Position numbers and translations under genes: made by a program. Under the pieces are notes generated by a model. It worked only from the letters and a program-made list of their open reading frames with translations. It had not been told where the DNA came from and did no database searches. Of a DNA stretch of 58,250 nt, positions 1 through 9,323 are shown piece by piece. Every line of letters starts with the position of its first letter. Within the stretch, counting starts at the first letter, position 1. Origin of the DNA: Verrucomicrobiales bacterium (GTDB taxonomy: Bacteria > Verrucomicrobiota > Verrucomicrobiia > Limisphaerales > UBA9464); assembly GCA_027490985.1 (NCBI GenBank), contig JAIXXC010000228.1, positions 1 through 58,250 of the forward strand. Direction: 5' to 3'.

Positions 1-213
1 CAGGCTACGCTACGCCCCGAACCAAACGAGGGCCGGAAAATGGGGAAACATCGTTTCAGTTGCAAACGATTTCTCCTGAAAAGTGAAAATCGCCCGATCC
101 CGAGAACGGCTTTCGGAACTCGTTTCACCCCCAGAAGCCCACGCCCCGACGGCCCGACGCCCCGACTCGCGGCCCGCAAACCGCCCGCCCCGGCATCGAC
201 TGCGTCGCATGGA

Positions 214-242
214 TTGACCTGCCGCCTTGCCCCCGGTATACC
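214..242 (+). promoter_or_regulatory. putative sigma70-type promoter (TTGACC-N17-TATACC) for the prepilin-type gene
   Basis: TTGACC at 214-219 and TATACC at 237-242 with a 17-bp spacer, 12 nt upstream of the ATG at 255. Confidence 0.5.
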
Positions 243-254
243 CTAGGCCTGCCA

Positions 255-1106
<852 letters not shown>

Positions 1107-1134
1107 CCGACTCGCGTCTCACCACGCACCTCAC

Positions 1135-1166
1135 GAAACGCCGCCACCTGGCGGCGTTTCTGCTTT
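1135..1166 (+). terminator. probable intrinsic terminator
   Basis: perfect 12-bp inverted repeat GAAACGCCGCCA-cc-TGGCGGCGTTTC followed by TGCTTT, just after the stop at 1106. Confidence 0.7.
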
Positions 1167-1168
1167 CC

Positions 1169-2173
1169 ATGAATCCCCGGATCATCGCTTCCCTGGTCTT
1201 GATCGGTACTTGTGCCCTGTGGGCCTTCAGCTTTCCGCTGCTCAAGTCCATCGAGCAACTGGGCCAGCGCAACGCTCCGGGCAACGGCAGCCTGTTCCTC
1301 TCCACCCTCCTGGTGGCCTGCCGCTTCACGTGCGCCGCAGGACTGTTCCTGGTGGGCAATGCACTCCGGTGCCGATGGCGGCGATCACGGCCCAGCGCCG
1401 GAGCCCCGGAAACAGCCCGACTTTCCATCCGGCCCACGGCCCTCGAATGGCAGCAGGGGCTGGGCATCGGCCTTTTCGGTTCGCTCGGACTCATCCTCCA
1501 GATGGATGGACTGGCCTACACCGAAGGCTCCGTGTCGGCCTTCCTGACGCAGGGCTATGCGGTGTTGATCCCGATCTGGGTGACGATCACGGCCCGACGC
1601 CTGCCCGGTTGGACGGTCGTGGGCGCCTGCCTGCTGGTGGGGCTCGGGGCGGCCTTGCTCGCCGGAGTGAGCCCGGATCACCTGCACCTGGGCCGCGGCG
1701 AGTGGGAGACCCTCGCCGGTTCGGTGCTCTTCGCCGGACAGATCCTGTGGCTCGAACGTCCACGCTTCGCCGGCAACGATTCCATCCGGGCGACCACCGT
1801 GATGTTCGGCGCGATGGCGCTGACCGCCTGGCCCCTGGCCTTCGCTCTGGCACGGCATCCGGGCGACGTCGTCAAGGCGGTCCAGTCGAGCGAGATCGTC
1901 ACCCTCTTCGCGCTGCTGCTCTTCGGATGCACCCTGGCCACCTTCCCGCTGGCCAATCACTGGCAACCCAAGGTGAGCGCCACCCAGGCGGGGCTCCTCT
2001 ATTGCACCGAACCGGTGTTCACCAGCCTGGTGTGCCTGTTCGTACCCGGTTGGATCTCCCGGTCGACCGGCTTGACCTACCCCGACGAATCCGTGCACCT
2101 GCGATTGATCCTCGGAGGCTCGTGCATCCTGGCAGCCAATGTGTGGATCCTGCTGCGACCGCCCCGAAGCTGA
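1169..2173 (+). CDS. DMT/EamA family transporter
   Basis: about 10 hydrophobic segments; LWAFSFPLLK, GLAYTEGSVSAFLT and AGLLYCTEPVF are EamA-like motifs. Confidence 0.85.
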   Translation: MNPRIIASLVLIGTCALWAFSFPLLKSIEQLGQRNAPGNGSLFLSTLLVACRFTCAAGLFLVGNALRCRWRRSRPSAGAPETARLSIRPTALEWQQGLGIGLFGSLGLILQMDGLAYTEGSVSAFLTQGYAVLIPIWVTITARRLPGWTVVGACLLVGLGAALLAGVSPDHLHLGRGEWETLAGSVLFAGQILWLERPRFAGNDSIRATTVMFGAMALTAWPLAFALARHPGDVVKAVQSSEIVTLFALLLFGCTLATFPLANHWQPKVSATQAGLLYCTEPVFTSLVCLFVPGWISRSTGLTYPDESVHLRLILGGSCILAANVWILLRPPRS

Positions 2174-2181
2174 GGCGGTGC

Positions 2182-3048
2182 CTACTTCCAAGTCATTCGC
2201 GTGAAGACCGGGAAATGGTCGCTGGGCTGACGCCCCCCCGGGGTGAGATCCACCACCTCGGTCCAAGGCACGTCCGCCTCGCCCCGGTAGAGGATCCAAT
2301 CGATGCGGGCACTGTTGAAGGTGGACTGCCCGAAGCCGTTGAAGGAATTGAGTGTCTCGTTCTTCCGTTGGGCGGCCGAAAACCAGGAGTCGGTGAATCC
2401 GATGTCCTTGGTGAGCGCGTCATAGACGGTGTTGCGGGTGGCCACGGCGTTGAAGTCACCCATCAGGATCACCCGATCGGAAGGCGGCAGCTTGGCCAGG
2501 CGCTTCTGGATCAGCGCCGCCCCCTTCTCGCGGGCCGGTTGCAGCGCATGATCGAGATGGGTGTTCCAGAAATGAAACTCCTTGCCGGTCTGACGGTCGC
2601 GAAAGTGCACCGAGGTGACCATGCGCCGATTGGGGTTGCCCCAGGTCGACGACCCGATGACCTCCGGGGTGTCGCTCAGCCAGAAATGATCGTAGGCCAA
2701 CGGCTCGAAGCGTTCCCGCCGGTAGAAGATGGCCATGAACTCGCCGCGACTGCCCCCGTCCCGACCGGTGCCGATCCAATCGTATTCCGGCAGGTCCGAG
2801 GCCAGTTCCCGCAACTGGAAATACACTCCCTCCTGGGTGCCCATGAGGTCGGGGGCGTATTGCTTGAGGAGCGTCTTCATGGCCGGGCGGCGATCCGGCC
2901 ACGCCTCGGGCCCCTTCAGGGTCGCGTAGCGGAGATTGTAGGTCATCAAGCGCAGTTCAGCGCCCCCCTTGTCATCCCCGCGTTCGGCCAAAGCCGGCGC
3001 GGTGGCGATGAGGGGAAGGGCCGAGAGGAACCGGCGGCGGGAGTTCAT
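2182..3048 (-). CDS. endonuclease/exonuclease/phosphatase (EEP) family protein with Tat-like signal
   Basis: MTYNLRY, MGTQE, NTHLDH, MGDFNA, RIDWI and PSDHFPV motifs; start placed at ATG 3048 (MNSRRRFLSALPL, twin-arginine leader). Confidence 0.9.
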   Translation of the reverse strand: MNSRRRFLSALPLIATAPALAERGDDKGGAELRLMTYNLRYATLKGPEAWPDRRPAMKTLLKQYAPDLMGTQEGVYFQLRELASDLPEYDWIGTGRDGGSRGEFMAIFYRRERFEPLAYDHFWLSDTPEVIGSSTWGNPNRRMVTSVHFRDRQTGKEFHFWNTHLDHALQPAREKGAALIQKRLAKLPPSDRVILMGDFNAVATRNTVYDALTKDIGFTDSWFSAAQRKNETLNSFNGFGQSTFNSARIDWILYRGEADVPWTEVVDLTPGGRQPSDHFPVFTRMTWK

Positions 3049-3168
3049 GCCTCCAGAAACTACGCCCACGGCCAAACCTCAAGCAAAAGCAGGGTGGACC
3101 CGAAACCGGCAACCTCACCCCGGCCCTGCTGTTCAGGCCCATGTTCAGCCCCACGGGTGCGGTCCGCC

Positions 3169-5775
3169 TTACCGGGGCTTTTCGAGCAGGCTCTCGCGGA
3201 TGCGCCGGGCTCGCTGAGACCAGGGGGCCGACACGGCCGGCAATTCGCGGGCGACGTGCTCGTACAGCCCGGCCGCCTCTCCGGTGCGTCCGAGGCGCTC
3301 CAGAATCTCCCCGGTGGCGCGGGCCGCCTCGGCCAGCAGATCGGCCGACATCGTCTCCCCGGGCAGCAGGACCTTGCCCAGAGCGACATCGAGGCCCGCC
3401 TGGATGGCCCGCTCGAGGTATTCGCCCGATTCGGATCCGCTGCGCAGTTCGGCCATCTTGCGATTCACCGCGGCGTATCCCAACCACGCCCGGCAACGGG
3501 TTTCGACCCCGGCTCCCGGCAGCTTGGCCGACCGCTGGTACAATTCGGCGGCCCGGGTGTAATCGGCCGGATTGAGGGTGCTGAGCTGGAAGTGACAATT
3601 GCCCATCATCCCCAGGGCCGGAGCCAGATAGGGACTGTTGGTGAATTCGAGAACGCGCGAAAAGGCCTCCAAAGCCAACCGATAGCGCGACAACGGATCG
3701 GCGCCCGATTCGACGGGCTTGGATTGGAGAAGTTCTCCGTAATGGAACAGGGCGGCCGACTGGATCTCCGGCGGGGCCGCCTTGTCGTTGATCAATTCGC
3801 GGAAGTGCTCGGCGGCCGAATCGAAGTTCTGGAGTTTGCGCCCCGCCTCGGCGGCCCAGATCTTGGCCCGATACCAGGTTTCGCCCCGAGCCGCCCGGAC
3901 GGTGGCGTTGGTCAGGATGGCGGCGCTGGCCTGGCCCGCTTGAAGGTAATCCTGCTGCTCGAAGAACCGGCCGGCCAGCCACAGCTGGGCCGACAGGGTT
4001 CCCGGGTCGGTCGGGTTCTTGGCCGCCAATTCGGAGAACTGCACCATGGCTGCGGCCGGATCTCCGGACCGCGACAGGGCATAGGCCAGATGGAATCCCG
4101 CACGCACCGCCCCCGGGTGCTGCGGATGAGCCGCGAGCCAGCGCCGCAGTTCCGCGACCGAATCGGACCACCGCTCGTCGTGCAACCCGAGCATGGCCAG
4201 TTCGAGCTCCACTTCGGGGCGGACGGCGCTGTCGGGAAACCCCTTGAGGTAGTCCTGGAGCAGTCCACGCCCCAGTTCACCGGCTCCCTGACGGGCCAAC
4301 GACGACCCCAACCACAGGGCGCTGCGTCCGGCACGGAGGGACGCCCGGGGCAAGGTCAGCAGACGCCGAAGGGCCGCTTCGCCAGCCGGCGCGTTGGAAC
4401 TGGCGATGGCCGACACGACGACCTGCTCGAGGGCCATGGGCATCCAGGCATCCCGTTCCACCGGGACCTCGGCGACCCGGTCGACCAACTCCAGATAGCC
4501 CTTGAGGGCCTGAGGCGCGTCTCCGAGCCAGGCCGCGGCATCGGAAGCCTTGTACCGCGCCACCAACCCGTCGGCTGAAGCGGCCGGCAGGAGCCCCATC
4601 GCGGCCTGGAAGCCGGTCAAGGCCTGCGACATCGCAGTCTTGGACTGGGTAGCGAGCGCCTCCTCCCATCGGCACCAGGCCAGGGTCAGGGCGACCGTCC
4701 CGCGCACTTCGGGAGGCGGATTGAGCGCCGCGGCCTTCTCGAGTTCGGCCACGGCCCGGAGGAGGCTGGCATTGGATTCGATCCCGGCGGAGGCGACCCG
4801 ATTGGTGGCGTGACGACCGAGATGCTCGCGCAGGTGGATCTGCCCCAGACGCAGTCTCAAGACGCTGGCGGAGGGGTCTTCAGCCAAGCCCGAAGCGATC
4901 CCCTCGAGGCGTTCGCGAGCCAGGGCCACCTGTCCTTGCGACACCCACCAGTCGCTGAGTTGCGTGACCGCATCGATCCGGAACGACGCCGGAACCGACG
5001 GGGTCAGATTCTCCTCGAGAGCCGTCACGGCCCTGGCCCCCTGTCCCGAGGCCAGGAGCAGTCGCCCGAGGAGGGCGGACGATTCGGGACGTCGCCCGGC
5101 CAAACCCTCCGCGTCGGACAAGCGCCGGAGCTGCTCGGCGGCGGCCAAGGCCTGATCGCCCTGACGGCCGGCTTCGAGGATGCGCACCTCGAGTCGTAAG
5201 CGGTCCCACTGGGCACCGGGAGTCCGGGCGTAGGGCGTCGCAGCCGTCACGGCCACCCGGGCCTGGCTCCAGTTCCCGGAATCGAGGTGGGCCTGCGCGG
5301 CCAGCATCGAGCCGCTCCACAGCAGGTCGGCGGGCTTGCCTTGGGCCAGAGCACCCCGGAACGGCCCATCGGGCTGATCAAGAAGAGACGCGGCCTCTTT
5401 GGCCTGACCCGATCGGGCCAACGACTCGGCCTGTCGGATCGAGGCATGGAGGGTCAAGTCCGATCCGGGAAACCGCGACAGGTACAAGGCGAAAGTCTTC
5501 TGCGCTGCGGCATGATCCCCCCGCCCCGCCTCGGCTTCGCCCTGGGCATACAGGGCCCGGCGCGAGGCCTCGGCCTTCAGGCCCGAATCCGGGAACTGGG
5601 TGGCGAAGGCTTGGAACTCCTCGGCCGCCCGGGCATAGGCCCCGATCGAGAAGGAGCGGAGCGCGGCGTGGAAGGCCACCTGATCCGGCCCGTCGGCCGC
5701 GAAGACCGAGAAAGCCACCACGGCTCCGGCCAACCCGCCCCACCTCCGCCTGGATTCCTCGCGCAACCAACGCAT
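3169..5775 (-). CDS. exported tetratricopeptide-repeat protein
   Basis: signal-peptide-like N-terminus; repeated TPR-like helical units (YARAAEEFQAFATQFPDS, YLSRFPGS, YLKGFPDS). Confidence 0.7.
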   Translation of the reverse strand: MRWLREESRRRWGGLAGAVVAFSVFAADGPDQVAFHAALRSFSIGAYARAAEEFQAFATQFPDSGLKAEASRRALYAQGEAEAGRGDHAAAQKTFALYLSRFPGSDLTLHASIRQAESLARSGQAKEAASLLDQPDGPFRGALAQGKPADLLWSGSMLAAQAHLDSGNWSQARVAVTAATPYARTPGAQWDRLRLEVRILEAGRQGDQALAAAEQLRRLSDAEGLAGRRPESSALLGRLLLASGQGARAVTALEENLTPSVPASFRIDAVTQLSDWWVSQGQVALARERLEGIASGLAEDPSASVLRLRLGQIHLREHLGRHATNRVASAGIESNASLLRAVAELEKAAALNPPPEVRGTVALTLAWCRWEEALATQSKTAMSQALTGFQAAMGLLPAASADGLVARYKASDAAAWLGDAPQALKGYLELVDRVAEVPVERDAWMPMALEQVVVSAIASSNAPAGEAALRRLLTLPRASLRAGRSALWLGSSLARQGAGELGRGLLQDYLKGFPDSAVRPEVELELAMLGLHDERWSDSVAELRRWLAAHPQHPGAVRAGFHLAYALSRSGDPAAAMVQFSELAAKNPTDPGTLSAQLWLAGRFFEQQDYLQAGQASAAILTNATVRAARGETWYRAKIWAAEAGRKLQNFDSAAEHFRELINDKAAPPEIQSAALFHYGELLQSKPVESGADPLSRYRLALEAFSRVLEFTNSPYLAPALGMMGNCHFQLSTLNPADYTRAAELYQRSAKLPGAGVETRCRAWLGYAAVNRKMAELRSGSESGEYLERAIQAGLDVALGKVLLPGETMSADLLAEAARATGEILERLGRTGEAAGLYEHVARELPAVSAPWSQRARRIRESLLEKPR

Positions 5776-5886
5776 CGGCCCACTCTCCGGACCTCACCCT
5801 TGTCGGGCAAGCGGAGACCCACGGGTCCGGGGAATCGAAAAAAAGAGGGCCCTTCCCGATTTCGCGCCAGAGGCTATCGTCGTGAC

Positions 5887-7092
5887 ATGCAGTTCAGTCA
5901 CGGCGCCACGGGAGTCTGGAAAGGGGGCTGGGATGAAGCGGGGATCACCCGCTGGGCCACTGCCTTGCGCCAGCAATTGACCCCGCCCGGCGTGACCCTC
6001 GGATTGGTGTTCATGGCCCCTTCGCTCTTCTCCCATGCCGAAGAGGTTCTGGAGATCCTGCGGGTGCACGGGCGCATCCCTTGTCTGGTGGGCTGCTCCG
6101 GCGTCGGCCTGGTTTCCGGGGGCGACGAATTCGAAGAGGGGGCCGATCTGGTGCTCGGACTCCATCGGCTGCCGGGCGCCACCCTGAAAGCCTTCCATTT
6201 CGACAACGACGAGATCGATGCCACCGAAGACGCCGCGGCGTGGATCCAAAAGACCGGCCTGTCGGCCGACCAAGTCAACGGCTGGCTCGTCTTCGCCAGC
6301 CCCTTCGACCTGAACGGCGAAGTGTGGCTGCGGAACTGGAACAAGGCCTATCCCGGCATTCCCGCCATCGGCGGGTTGGCCAGCGGCGACTTCTCGGCCC
6401 AGCAAAGTCAGGTGTACCTCGATGGGGCCGTGCACGAACACGGGTTGGTGGCCGTGGCCCTCACCGGCGACGTGACCCTCGAGACCGTGGTGTCGCAAGG
6501 CTGCACGCCGATCGGCGACAGTTGGACGATCACACGGGCCGAGCGGAACTTCATCCTCGGCATCGCCAACCGTCCGGCCTACTCGGTTCTCATGGAGACC
6601 TTCGAAGGGCTGAGCCCGGAGGAGCGCAAGAAGAGCCAGAACAACCTCTTCGTCGGACTGGCCATCGACGAGTACCGCGAGGAGTTGCACTGCGGCGACT
6701 TCCTGGTCCGCAACCTGTTGGGGGGCGATCCCAAGAATGGGGCCCTGGCCGTCGGAGCCTATCCCCGGGCCGGACAGACCCTCCAATTCCAACGGCGCGA
6801 CTCGGAGACCGCCGACGCGGAACTGTCGGCCCTGCTGGCCCGGGCCCGCACCGATCTGGCCGGGCGACCGATCTATGGCGGGTGCCTCACGGTGTGCAAC
6901 GGTCGGGGCTCCCGGTTGTTCGGCGTGCCCAACCACGATGCGGGGCTGGTCCAGGAGCAACTCGGCCCCGTGGCCATCACCGGTTTTTTCGGCCACGGAG
7001 AGTTGGGTCCGGTGGCCCGGCAGAACTTCCTGCACGGCTACACCGCCTCGCTCGGTCTCTTCGTGCCCAAGTCGCCCCTCCGCCCCGGATGA
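5887..7092 (+). CDS. stand-alone FIST_N/FIST_C sensory domain protein
   Basis: LVGCSGVGLV, AIGGLASG, VVSQGCTPIG, CNGRG and GFFGHGELGP are FIST motifs; start reassigned to ATG 5887 because the upstream ORF part overlaps the divergent TPR gene. Confidence 0.85.
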   Translation: MQFSHGATGVWKGGWDEAGITRWATALRQQLTPPGVTLGLVFMAPSLFSHAEEVLEILRVHGRIPCLVGCSGVGLVSGGDEFEEGADLVLGLHRLPGATLKAFHFDNDEIDATEDAAAWIQKTGLSADQVNGWLVFASPFDLNGEVWLRNWNKAYPGIPAIGGLASGDFSAQQSQVYLDGAVHEHGLVAVALTGDVTLETVVSQGCTPIGDSWTITRAERNFILGIANRPAYSVLMETFEGLSPEERKKSQNNLFVGLAIDEYREELHCGDFLVRNLLGGDPKNGALAVGAYPRAGQTLQFQRRDSETADAELSALLARARTDLAGRPIYGGCLTVCNGRGSRLFGVPNHDAGLVQEQLGPVAITGFFGHGELGPVARQNFLHGYTASLGLFVPKSPLRPG

Positions 7093-7208
7093 GCCGCCCG
7101 CCCACCCCGGATGCTGCGAGGCTTTTCCCTGCCCGACCCCGGGAGTTGCCACAACCGCCCCGACTCTGCCTTCATCTGCGTCCATCTGCAGCCAATCCCG
7201 ATTTCTGA

Positions 7209-9206
7209 ATGAACGACGAACAACAACCCCAGTTTGAATCCGCGAAGTCCGAGGTTCAACGCAAGACGCTGGACCAGCGCGAGCAGATGAATGAACTGAT
7301 GCGCCTGCGTCACTCCTGCGCGCACATCCTGGCGACAGCGGTCCTGCGGCTCTGGCCCGATGCGTTGTTGGACATCGGACCGCCCACCGAAGAGGGCTTC
7401 TACTACGACTTCGAACTGAAGCACCGCTTCACCCCAGACGATTTCCCGAAGATCGAGGAGGAGATGCGCAAGGTCACCAAGGAGAACCAGGTCTTCGAGA
7501 AGTCGATCAAGACCCGCGAGGAGGCGCTGGCCTACTTCCAAGGCAAGGGCCAGACCTTCAAGGTCCAGCGCCTGGGCGACATCCCCGAGGGCGAGCCCAT
7601 CAGCTTCTTCCAGAACGGCGAGTTCGTGGACCTCTGCGCCGGCCCCCATGTGATGCGCACGGGGAACGTGAAGCCCGGCGGCATCAAGCTGCTCAAGGTC
7701 GCCAGCGCGTATTTCCGCGGCAACGAGAAGAACCCCCAGCTCCAGCGCCTGTACGGAACGGCCTTCAAGAACAAGGAGGAGTTGGACACCTGGCTCAAAA
7801 TGCAGGAGGAGGCCCGCAAGCGCGACCACCGGAAGATCGGCGCCGAGATGGGGCTCTTCGCCATGGACGCCGAGTACGTCGGGCCCGGCCTGCCGCTGTG
7901 GCTGCCCAAGGGCACGGTGCTGGTCGAGGAGTTGGAGCGTCTGGCCAAGGAGACCGAGTTCCAGGCCGGCTATGTGCGCGTGAAGACCCCGCACCTGGCC
8001 AAGGAGAAGATGTACAAGACCTCCGGCCACCTGCCGTATTACGCCGAGTCGATGTTCCCCCCGATGGAAATGCTCGAGGAGGACGAACGCCAGAAGCGCG
8101 ACGATCTGATGGAGCGTCGCGCCGACCTCATCCAACTCGCCGAAGGCATGGGCAAGGCGATCGCACCGAACCCCAGCGGCTACACCGAGGAGCAGGTGCG
8201 CCGTGACATCCAAAAACTGGAGTCCGAGATCACCCTGTTGGGCGGTCGGTATTACCTCAAGGCGATGAACTGCCCGCATCACCACCGCATCTTTGCGGCG
8301 GAACCGCGCAGCTACCGTGACCTCCCCCTGCGCTTGGCCGAGTACGGCACCTGCTACCGCTACGAGCAATCGGGTGAACTGTTCGGGCTCATGCGCGTGC
8401 GCAGCATGAACATGAACGACGCCCACCTGTACTGCACGGCCGAGCAGTTCGCCGAGGAGTTCCGGGCGGTCAACGACATGTACCTGAAGTACTTCAAGAT
8501 CTTCGGGCTCGACCGCTACCAGATGCGCTTCAGCACCCACGACCCGTTACGCCTGGGGCAGAAGTTCGTCAACGAGCCTGAACTCTGGAAGAAGACCGAG
8601 GACATGGTCCGCCAGGTGCTCATCGAGTCGGGCATCAACTACGTGGAAGTGGCCAACGAGGCGGCGTTCTACGGACCCAAGATCGACGTGCAGGTCTGGA
8701 GTGCCATCGGCCGCGAGTTCACCATCGCCACCAATCAGGTCGATTTCGCCGTGCCTGCCCGCTTCGGGCTCACCTACCGCGACCGCGACAACACCGAGAA
8801 GACCCCGCTGTGCATCCATCGCGCCCCGCTGGGAACCCACGAGCGCTTCATCGGCTTCCTCATCGAGCATTACGCCGGCAACTTCCCGTTGTGGCTCGCG
8901 CCGGAGCAGGTCCGGGTGCTCACCCTCAATGACGAGGCGCCCCTGGTGGAGTACGCCAAGTCGATCACCGCCGAACTCCGTGCCCAGTTCGTGCGGGTGG
9001 AGGGCGACTGGAGCGCCAATCCGGTGAAGGCCAAGATCGCCGACGCCGAGACGGCCAAGGTGCACACCATGCTGGTGGTGGGTCAGCGCGACCTGGAGGC
9101 TGGAGCCGTCAGCGTCCGCCTGCATGGCAAGGGCAATGTGGGTGCCAAACCGCGTGCCGAGGTGATCGCCGACCTGCTGGCCTCCATCCGCGAACGCCGC
9201 GCCTGA
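7209..9206 (+). CDS. thrS: threonine--tRNA ligase
   Basis: RHSCAHIL and DLCAGPHV editing motifs; RDHRKIG, MNCPHH, YRYEQSG, AAFYGPKID, IHRAPLGTHERF; C-terminal anticodon-binding domain. Confidence 0.98.
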   Translation: MNDEQQPQFESAKSEVQRKTLDQREQMNELMRLRHSCAHILATAVLRLWPDALLDIGPPTEEGFYYDFELKHRFTPDDFPKIEEEMRKVTKENQVFEKSIKTREEALAYFQGKGQTFKVQRLGDIPEGEPISFFQNGEFVDLCAGPHVMRTGNVKPGGIKLLKVASAYFRGNEKNPQLQRLYGTAFKNKEELDTWLKMQEEARKRDHRKIGAEMGLFAMDAEYVGPGLPLWLPKGTVLVEELERLAKETEFQAGYVRVKTPHLAKEKMYKTSGHLPYYAESMFPPMEMLEEDERQKRDDLMERRADLIQLAEGMGKAIAPNPSGYTEEQVRRDIQKLESEITLLGGRYYLKAMNCPHHHRIFAAEPRSYRDLPLRLAEYGTCYRYEQSGELFGLMRVRSMNMNDAHLYCTAEQFAEEFRAVNDMYLKYFKIFGLDRYQMRFSTHDPLRLGQKFVNEPELWKKTEDMVRQVLIESGINYVEVANEAAFYGPKIDVQVWSAIGREFTIATNQVDFAVPARFGLTYRDRDNTEKTPLCIHRAPLGTHERFIGFLIEHYAGNFPLWLAPEQVRVLTLNDEAPLVEYAKSITAELRAQFVRVEGDWSANPVKAKIADAETAKVHTMLVVGQRDLEAGAVSVRLHGKGNVGAKPRAEVIADLLASIRERRA

Positions 9207-9223
9207 ACGCCGGCCCCCCGTCG

Positions 9224-9259
9224 CTTCCGGAGTCTCCGCCTGGGTGGAGGCTCCGGAAG
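9224..9259 (+). terminator. stem-loop downstream of thrS
   Basis: CTTCCGGAGTCTCCGCC / GGTGGAGGCTCCGGAAG pair with G-U pairs; no U-tract follows. Confidence 0.45.
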
Positions 9260-9323
9260 GCCCCGATGAATCCTCCGGCGGGATCCTTGACCCCGCCCCG
9301 CCGCGCCCCATCCTCCCGGCCCG

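Noticed and set aside
5287-5886. N-terminal extensions of listed ORFs (FIST, waaF, lptB, dedA, LOG, DUF485, cupredoxin, accC)
   Set aside because: They overlap neighbouring real genes; recognisable family sequence starts at the downstream starts reported.
7093-7208. T-box or thrS operator leader
   Set aside because: Only 116 bp, with no T-box consensus or clear anticodon-mimic hairpins visible.
8073-8249. intein or intron in thrS
   Set aside because: In frame, far too short, and lacking Cys/Ser start and His-Asn end motifs.
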